Assembly (NCBI GenBank): GCA_051003655.1
Contig: JBPCLD010000097.1
Location: 1-27,954 of the forward strand
DNA length: 27,954 nt
Reading direction: 5' to 3'
From: Candidatus Limnocylindrales bacterium
GTDB lineage: Bacteria > Chloroflexota > Limnocylindria > Limnocylindrales > CSP1-4
Shown: one piece after another, positions 22,799 through 27,954 of the stretch
Layout: every line of letters starts with the position of its first letter
Position numbering within the stretch: the stretch's first letter is position 1
The notes under the pieces: model-generated
Databases searched by the model: none
What the model was told of the DNA's origin: nothing
Seen by the model: only the letters and a program-made list of their open reading frames with translations
Program-made: the position numbers and the translations under genes

Positions 22799-24040
22799 CT
22801 AGGGCTGTGGCCCTCGCTCGAAATCGATCCTCACGCTGCCGTTGCACGTACCGTTCGTGCCGCAGCCGACAATCTCGAAGCTGACGATCGTCCCGCCGGG
22901 GATGTATTCGTATCCGTTCGGGTACGTGCAGTCCGGGCTGTATTCGGTCGAGGAGGCGAAGTTGTTCTCGATGCTTGCCTCGCACGCCCCGCCCGACCCC
23001 GGCCAGCCGATCTTCGCCATTCCGTAATTGCCAGGTGGCCCGATGAACTCCTGGTTCTCGAGATAGAGCTTGAGCGTGCCGGTTGCGCCCGGGATGCTCA
23101 GATTCGTGAATGTGACGTTGTGGACGCACCAGGCGAATGACTCAGGAATCGTGCGCGTCGGGGATTCTGTCGTTAACGTCACTGATCGGTCTGCCTGCGT
23201 AGAAGCGAGGCAGTTGACTGGCGTCGGTTGCACCGTCGGTGACGGCATCGGCGATGGCCGGCATCCCCGCGGCGCGCCATTGATGTTGCATGTGGGCCGC
23301 GGCGTTCGCGTCGGCTCTACCGTTGCCGGCGGTGGGATGGTGGGGCCGACGACGGTGGCGGGGACAGTCGGCAGCAGGCCACTCGCCGAGGGCGATCCGA
23401 AGCCTGGTGAGAGGCTTGGGAAGCCAGACGCCGATGCCTGTGCAGATGGGCTGACGGCAGCCACGAGCGTCGGGCTGGCCGTTGGGCCGTTGAATGCTCC
23501 GAGCAGTAGCGCCGTCCCAAGGCCGGCCAGCACCAAGAGGGCGATGAACGCGGCGCCGATCGCGAGCATCTTCCCGCCCCCACCGTCACCGGCAGGCTCT
23601 GGCTGCGGGGCATGTACCGGTGGGCCCGTGCCCGCCGCGCCGCCGGCGAACGCCCCACCGGCTGCGGCGCCCGTGGTCAGCTTTGTCCCGCACTGCATGC
23701 AGAACGCTCGCCCAGCGGGATTTCGACGGCCGCAGTTCCAGCAGATGATGTCCGACGCGCGTCCGAACGAAGGCGAGACCGGCTGGGTCCCGCCCCCGCC
23801 CGACGGCGGGATCGGCGGGATCGGAGGCACCACCGGTTGGACTGTCGTCGGGCTGTCTGCGGATGGCTTGTAGCCGGTCGGATAGCCGGTGCCAGATTGC
23901 CCGGTCGGCCCCTGTTGGCCGGCCGGCTGCCCTTGCCCATCGGCTGCCGGCTCATTGGCAAATCCGAGGTAGGTCCCGCAATTGCCGCAGAACTCGTCGC
24001 CAGGCTGATTGGTGAAGCCGCAGTTTGGGCAGATCATCAT
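22799..24040 (-). CDS. Double zinc-ribbon bitopic membrane protein with Pro/Thr/Ser linker and Cys-containing C-terminal domain
   Basis: CPNCG...FCGNCG and CWNCG...FCMQCG; TM MLAIGAAFIALLVLAGLGTALLLG; AGGAGG RBS. Confidence 0.85.
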   Translation of the reverse strand: MMICPNCGFTNQPGDEFCGNCGTYLGFANEPAADGQGQPAGQQGPTGQSGTGYPTGYKPSADSPTTVQPVVPPIPPIPPSGGGGTQPVSPSFGRASDIICWNCGRRNPAGRAFCMQCGTKLTTGAAAGGAFAGGAAGTGPPVHAPQPEPAGDGGGGKMLAIGAAFIALLVLAGLGTALLLGAFNGPTASPTLVAAVSPSAQASASGFPSLSPGFGSPSASGLLPTVPATVVGPTIPPPATVEPTRTPRPTCNINGAPRGCRPSPMPSPTVQPTPVNCLASTQADRSVTLTTESPTRTIPESFAWCVHNVTFTNLSIPGATGTLKLYLENQEFIGPPGNYGMAKIGWPGSGGACEASIENNFASSTEYSPDCTYPNGYEYIPGGTIVSFEIVGCGTNGTCNGSVRIDFERGPQP

Positions 24041-24049
24041 CCCCTCCTG

Positions 24050-25156
24050 TCATCTACGAAGATCGACGAACAGCTCGATCGGACCGCTGCCCGACCAGGA
24101 CGCTGGAGAAATCTCGTAGCAGCCTTCGCCCGCGACGCCCATCACGACGCGGACACGTCTCGGCCCAGCCCGAACCACTTGAACTTCCTTGAGCGCGCGA
24201 AGGCCCGGCTGGCCGCCGAAGCTCCCATCCGAGCCGACCTGTTCGTTGAACGCCAGCAGCAGCGCGATGTCGCCAGACTGCGGAGGGTCGACCCCGAAGC
24301 GCGATGAAACCTCCGTGAGCGGCAAGAGCGCGGCGTCGACAGCGGCAATCTCAGCAGATTCGCTGCTCGGCGCGAGGAGCAGGGCAAGGTAATCGTTCGA
24401 GTTACGTCGACCCCAGCGGACTTCCGTCACCAACCATCGACCGGGTGCCGCCGCCTGTATGGGCTGGTCCTGACAGCGCAGGCCCGTGACCGGCGGAGGA
24501 GTGCCTTCAGTCGGCGCCGGCGTCGAGCCATCCGGACTGGCACTCGGCTCCGTCGTTTCCAGGGGCGTGGTCGGTGCTGCCGATCCCGCGATTGAGCTGG
24601 CAAGCGGCGTCGCGATCGGCAATGAGCTGCTAACCGCGACTGGCGATGCCCCGGGCGATCTGTTCGGCGTGCCGGGATTCAGGAATCCACCGAACACGAC
24701 GGCTGCGCCCAGCAGTGCCAGCCCCACCATGACGGCGCCGGCAATGACGTATTTCGTGTTGACGCCTGAGCCCCCGGCGGTCGTGCCGGTACCTGTGGCA
24801 CTAGCCCAGGGGCGTCCGCGGACGATGCCCGTCCTCGTGAGCGGCGCGCGGCAGTTCAGGCAGAACGCGCGGGTCGCCTCGTTGGCGGTGCCACATCTGT
24901 CGCAGCGAACGAGTTGCGGGGCAGGTGTGTAGCCGGTCTGCGGCACAGCACCCAGACCGGTTGTGACCGTCGTATCGGGCACTGGCACAGGGTCAGGGAC
25001 GGTAACAGGGACGGGACCGGGCCCAGGCGCAGGTGTGGCTAGCAAGACGGTAGTGGGCGTGTCCGTGGGTTCAGTGGCCCACTCGAGGAACTTCCCGCAG
25101 GAGCCGCAGAACTCGTCGCCAAGCTGATTCTGAAAACCGCAGTTGCCGCAGATCAT
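24050..25156 (-). CDS. Double zinc-ribbon bitopic membrane protein with AMIN-like C-terminal domain
   Basis: Start MICGNCGFQNQLGDEFCGSCGKFLEW at 25156; second ribbon CDRCG...FCLNCR; TM YVIAGAVMVGLALLGAAVVFGGFL. The C-terminal VTEVRWGRR..DYLALLL...IELFVDLR resembles actinobacterial AMIN-like domains (tentative). Confidence 0.8.
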   Translation of the reverse strand: MICGNCGFQNQLGDEFCGSCGKFLEWATEPTDTPTTVLLATPAPGPGPVPVTVPDPVPVPDTTVTTGLGAVPQTGYTPAPQLVRCDRCGTANEATRAFCLNCRAPLTRTGIVRGRPWASATGTGTTAGGSGVNTKYVIAGAVMVGLALLGAAVVFGGFLNPGTPNRSPGASPVAVSSSLPIATPLASSIAGSAAPTTPLETTEPSASPDGSTPAPTEGTPPPVTGLRCQDQPIQAAAPGRWLVTEVRWGRRNSNDYLALLLAPSSESAEIAAVDAALLPLTEVSSRFGVDPPQSGDIALLLAFNEQVGSDGSFGGQPGLRALKEVQVVRAGPRRVRVVMGVAGEGCYEISPASWSGSGPIELFVDLRR

Positions 25157-25325
25157 CGGCCCCTCTTCCGGCGCACGGCCCCACCTGCAACCCGGTCGGC
25201 GCAGCGGGCCAGCAAAGAGGCGGAGTATACGTAGGTCCACCGCGGCTTCCGACTGCTAGGACGGTGCAACCCTCCGCGCCTTACGGCCGGCATTGACTTT
25301 TCCAGGTTGGGCGTACCGTGGCTGT

Positions 25326-25778
25326 ATGGATACAAGATCTGCCCAGATCGCCCGTGGCTGGTCGGTCGTGGGTTCCGACGGGGGCAAGATCGGCGAAGTT
25401 GAGGAGACGCATGAGGACCACATCGTGGTCAGCAGGGGAATGCTTCTCAAGCACCACCTCTACGTCCCAATCGACCACGTTACGCAAGCGGCCGATGGCA
25501 AGGTGACGGTCAGGGTTGCCGCCAACAAGGTCGAGGAGGAGGGCTGGCGTTACCCGCCGAATGCGGGCTTCGCTCACGAAAAGCCGGCCTATCCCACCGT
25601 TCCCGAGACGACGACCATTCAGGCGGCCGGATATTCAGCCGGCCGCCTATCAGCTCCCGAACCACAGGGCGCCGTGCTGGATGACGGACTGATCGATCCG
25701 GACGAGGTCCCGAACGAGGATGTCGGCCCTGACGACGAAGATCCCGAAGGGCTCGACAGCGACGCAAAGGTCCGTTAG
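25326..25778 (+). CDS. PRC-barrel / DUF2171-like protein with acidic tail
   Basis: IARGWSVVGSDGGKIGEV....DHIVV.RG.L....LYVPIDHV. Probable start ATG 25326, with TACCGT (-10-like) 6 nt upstream and TTGACT at 25293. Confidence 0.78.
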   Translation: MDTRSAQIARGWSVVGSDGGKIGEVEETHEDHIVVSRGMLLKHHLYVPIDHVTQAADGKVTVRVAANKVEEEGWRYPPNAGFAHEKPAYPTVPETTTIQAAGYSAGRLSAPEPQGAVLDDGLIDPDEVPNEDVGPDDEDPEGLDSDAKVR

Positions 25779-26043
25779 CCCCGAAACTCCTTCTGGACAT
25801 AGAGCGCGGCTCTAGGGTCTGGCCGGACAACACAAGGCGGGCGAACCGCCGCGGCCCTTGATTTCGCGGGAAAAGGAGGAATCTCATGCGCCATGATCGC
25901 TGCGACGACTGCTGCTGCGACAAGCATTGCTGTGGCTGCGGCACCAAGTAACCGAAGAGTGTCGGCCAGGGAACCCTCCCTGATGATTGCCACCACCGCT
26001 GGGGGAACTCGCGGGTGAATGCGACCGTCTGGAGGCCATTCCG

Positions 26044-26574
26044 ATGAAATTGCCAATTCTCCTGGTCGCCCTCACAATCATCGCCATCGGTTGCGCCGGC
26101 CCTGCCTCCACGCCGGGAGCTCCGACCGCCTCGCCCCGACCGGCGACAAGCGAACCCGCAACGGTCGCGCCGCCTAGTTCATCTCCGACGGACTTCCGCC
26201 ACGGACCTGAGGGTCTGATTGCGGACCTTTCCGACGCTGGCGCCGACGCGGAGGTATCTGATTCCTTCGACGGAGAGCCTCTGGCGGCCGTACAGACAAT
26301 CGTGTGCGTAAACGGAGAGGACGTGCGCGTGTTCGCGTATGGAACTGAGCAGGAGCGCGTAGCCGCTAGCGCCGGGATAGACCCGACCGACCCGTCGCAC
26401 GTCGGGACGTCGATCGTCGAATGGGACGGCTGGCCGAAGTTCTGGCAGCGTGATCGGATCCTCGTGCTCTACCTCGGAAGGGATGAAGCCACTATCGATC
26501 TGCTGACCGAACTGATGGGCGATCCGTTCGCACAAGGCTTGGATCGCCCCCAGCGACTTCCTGGGGCCTGCTAA
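26044..26574 (+). CDS. Hypothetical lipoprotein
   Basis: MKLPILLVALTIIAIG-C lipobox, Pro/Ser/Thr linker, then a globular domain (VRVFAY...VEW.G.PKFWQRDRILVLYLG). Confidence 0.8.
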   Translation: MKLPILLVALTIIAIGCAGPASTPGAPTASPRPATSEPATVAPPSSSPTDFRHGPEGLIADLSDAGADAEVSDSFDGEPLAAVQTIVCVNGEDVRVFAYGTEQERVAASAGIDPTDPSHVGTSIVEWDGWPKFWQRDRILVLYLGRDEATIDLLTELMGDPFAQGLDRPQRLPGAC

Positions 26575-26642
26575 GCCGCGATCAAGACTTCGGTCTAAGC
26601 TAGCGGCGGTTTCTCGCGGACCCAAATTCTTGCCGGTGTGGC

Positions 26643-26659
26643 ATACTCCCCGGGAGTAT
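26643..26659. promoter_or_regulatory. CsoR/RcnR-family-like operator ATACTCCC-C-GGGAGTAT
   Basis: Perfect 8-bp inverted repeat 22 nt upstream of the cupredoxin start. Matches the TAC(T)-C/G-tract-(A)GTA pattern bound by CsoR/RcnR-family metal sensors. Confidence 0.75.
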
Positions 26660-26681
26660 CCAAGACACCGCGGAGGAACCT

Positions 26682-27116
26682 GTGATCGCTTCCCGACTTG
26701 TCCTCGCGCCTCTTTTGGTGGTGCTCGTCGCATGCTCCACTGGTGGCACTGTCGGTCCTACGCCGTCAGCGGCTGCAACGCGCATAGACGTCACGCTTAC
26801 GGACGCGTTGCGCATCGAGCCGGCCACGATGACGGTGCCGGCGGGAGTGCCGGTGACGTTCGTGGTCACCAACGCCGGCGCCATCGACCATGAGTTCTAT
26901 CTGGGCGACGAGGCTGCCCAGGCTGAGCACGAGTCCGAGATGCAGAGCACGGACGGCATGATGCATGACGACCCTCGTGGCATCTCTCTCGACCCGGGCC
27001 AGACCATGGAGCTGACCTTCACGTTCGCCGAGGCGGGCGCCACGCTCGCTGGCTGCCATGTGGCCGGACACTACCCCGGCGGCATGAGGGCCGCGATCAC
27101 CGTAGCTGCCCCGTAG
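26682..27116 (+). CDS. Cupredoxin (plastocyanin/azurin-family) lipoprotein
   Basis: GTG start with GGAGG RBS; lipobox LVA-C; type-1 copper ligands in DHEF and GCHVAGHYPGGM; His/Met-rich loop. Confidence 0.9.
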   Translation: MIASRLVLAPLLVVLVACSTGGTVGPTPSAAATRIDVTLTDALRIEPATMTVPAGVPVTFVVTNAGAIDHEFYLGDEAAQAEHESEMQSTDGMMHDDPRGISLDPGQTMELTFTFAEAGATLAGCHVAGHYPGGMRAAITVAAP

Positions 27117-27126
27117 GGCCCGATCC

Positions 27127-27954
27127 GTGGAGCATGACCGTCACGACCACGCCGCCCCGGGCCAGGGCCACGGAGCCGAGGGCATGCCCGCGGGCATGAC
27201 GGACCCCGCGCCTATGGCAGGGGGTCATGACAGCCATACGTCCGGCCAGGGCGCGGCGCACGACCGTCATGCGGGTCACTCCGTGGCCATGTTCCGGGAC
27301 AAGTTCTGGTTGAGCCTGGTCCTCACGATCCCCGTCGTGCTGCTCAGCATGGACGTGCAGATGTGGTTCAGCTACTCGGTACCCACCTTCGCGGGCTCGC
27401 AGTACCTGCCTGCGATCCTGGGCACGATCGTCTTCCTGTACGGCGGCCTCGTGTTTATCCGCGGCGCGATGACGGAGCTGGCCGATCGGCAGCCCGGGAT
27501 GATGACGCTGATCTCGCTGGCGATCGTCGTCGCCTTCGTCACCAGCTGGGCCGGTACCCTCGGGCTGTTCGAGGTCGAGATCTGGTGGGAGCTGGCCACG
27601 CTGATCGCGATCATGCTGCTCGGGCACTGGCTCGAGATGCGATCGATCGCCCAGGCACGAGGCGCGCTGACGGCGCTGGCCGAGCTGCTGCCCGATACGG
27701 CCGAGCGGGTGACCGACACCGGGACGGAGACCATTGCCCTCAGCGAGATCAAGGTGGGCGACATCCTGCTCGTCCGCCCGGGAGCCCGTGTTCCGGCTGA
27801 CGGCGTGGTTGCCGACGGCGAGGCGGACGTCGACGAGTCGATGATCACCGGCGAATCGAAGGCGGTGTCGAAGCAACCGACAGACAAGGTGGTTGCCGGA
27901 ACGGTCGCCGCCGGCGGCAGCTTGCGCGTCCGTGTGTCGGCGGTCGGCGAGGAG
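27127..27954 (+). CDS. copB: Copper-translocating P1B-type ATPase (CopB-like), N-terminal part; truncated at window edge
   Basis: Not in the ORF track. From GTG 27127: His-rich N-terminus (EHDRHDH...HDRHAGHSVAMFRDKFW), PGMMTLISLAI, WELATLIAIMLLGHWLEMRS, actuator motif VDESMITGES. Confidence 0.93.
   Translation, partial: MEHDRHDHAAPGQGHGAEGMPAGMTDPAPMAGGHDSHTSGQGAAHDRHAGHSVAMFRDKFWLSLVLTIPVVLLSMDVQMWFSYSVPTFAGSQYLPAILGTIVFLYGGLVFIRGAMTELADRQPGMMTLISLAIVVAFVTSWAGTLGLFEVEIWWELATLIAIMLLGHWLEMRSIAQARGALTALAELLPDTAERVTDTGTETIALSEIKVGDILLVRPGARVPADGVVADGEADVDESMITGESKAVSKQPTDKVVAGTVAAGGSLRVRVSAVGEE

Noticed and set aside
25775-26056. 93-aa minus-strand ORF with a hydrophobic stretch
   Set aside because: No recognisable motif or RBS, and it overlaps the lipoprotein start. 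It could be a small membrane protein but cannot be supported.
27097-27887. Track ORFs 27097..27876 (-), 27363..27800 (+) and 27372..27887 (-)
   Set aside because: Shadows of the copB frame starting at 27127, which the track omits because it has no stop inside the window.
25326-27954. PRC-barrel, lipoprotein and copper genes as part of the CIS
   Set aside because: They have separate orientation and their own regulatory signals. These are common standalone functions with no sequence link to the CIS.

Overview
GC-rich bacterial window. About 1-19.4 kb is an extracellular/cytoplasmic contractile injection system (eCIS, Afp/PVC-like), organised like the actinobacterial (Streptomyces-type) single-sheath loci. 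The leftward arm encodes sheath, tube, tail-assembly chaperone, a DUF6760-like small protein, a Pro/Ala-rich DUF4157 protein interrupted by one in-frame TAG, a second tube, a LysM tube initiator and a VgrG-like spike that runs off the left edge. The divergent rightward arm is a chain of six genes, each overlapping the next by 4 nt: DUF4255/Pvc16, an Afp15-like AAA+ ATPase, then two tandem cargo pairs (1102 aa + 91 aa; 1944 aa + 95 aa). The two large proteins share an N-terminal leader with an LQxxAGNxAV motif and a C-terminal HipA/PI3-PI4-kinase-like domain (about 70% identical by hand count). Their middles are unrelated, and the larger one also carries an HExxH metallopeptidase-like module. 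Each is followed by a paralogous small protein that looks like an immunity protein. This kinase-effector/immunity array is the main candidate for an undescribed system. To the right are a LuxR-type regulator, four membrane or secreted proteins (two with double zinc ribbons), a PRC-barrel-like protein, a lipoprotein, and a copper cluster (CsoR/RcnR-like operator, cupredoxin, CopB-type P1B ATPase truncated at the right edge). All family names come from motif recognition by eye, with no database search. Host taxonomy cannot be fixed from this window.
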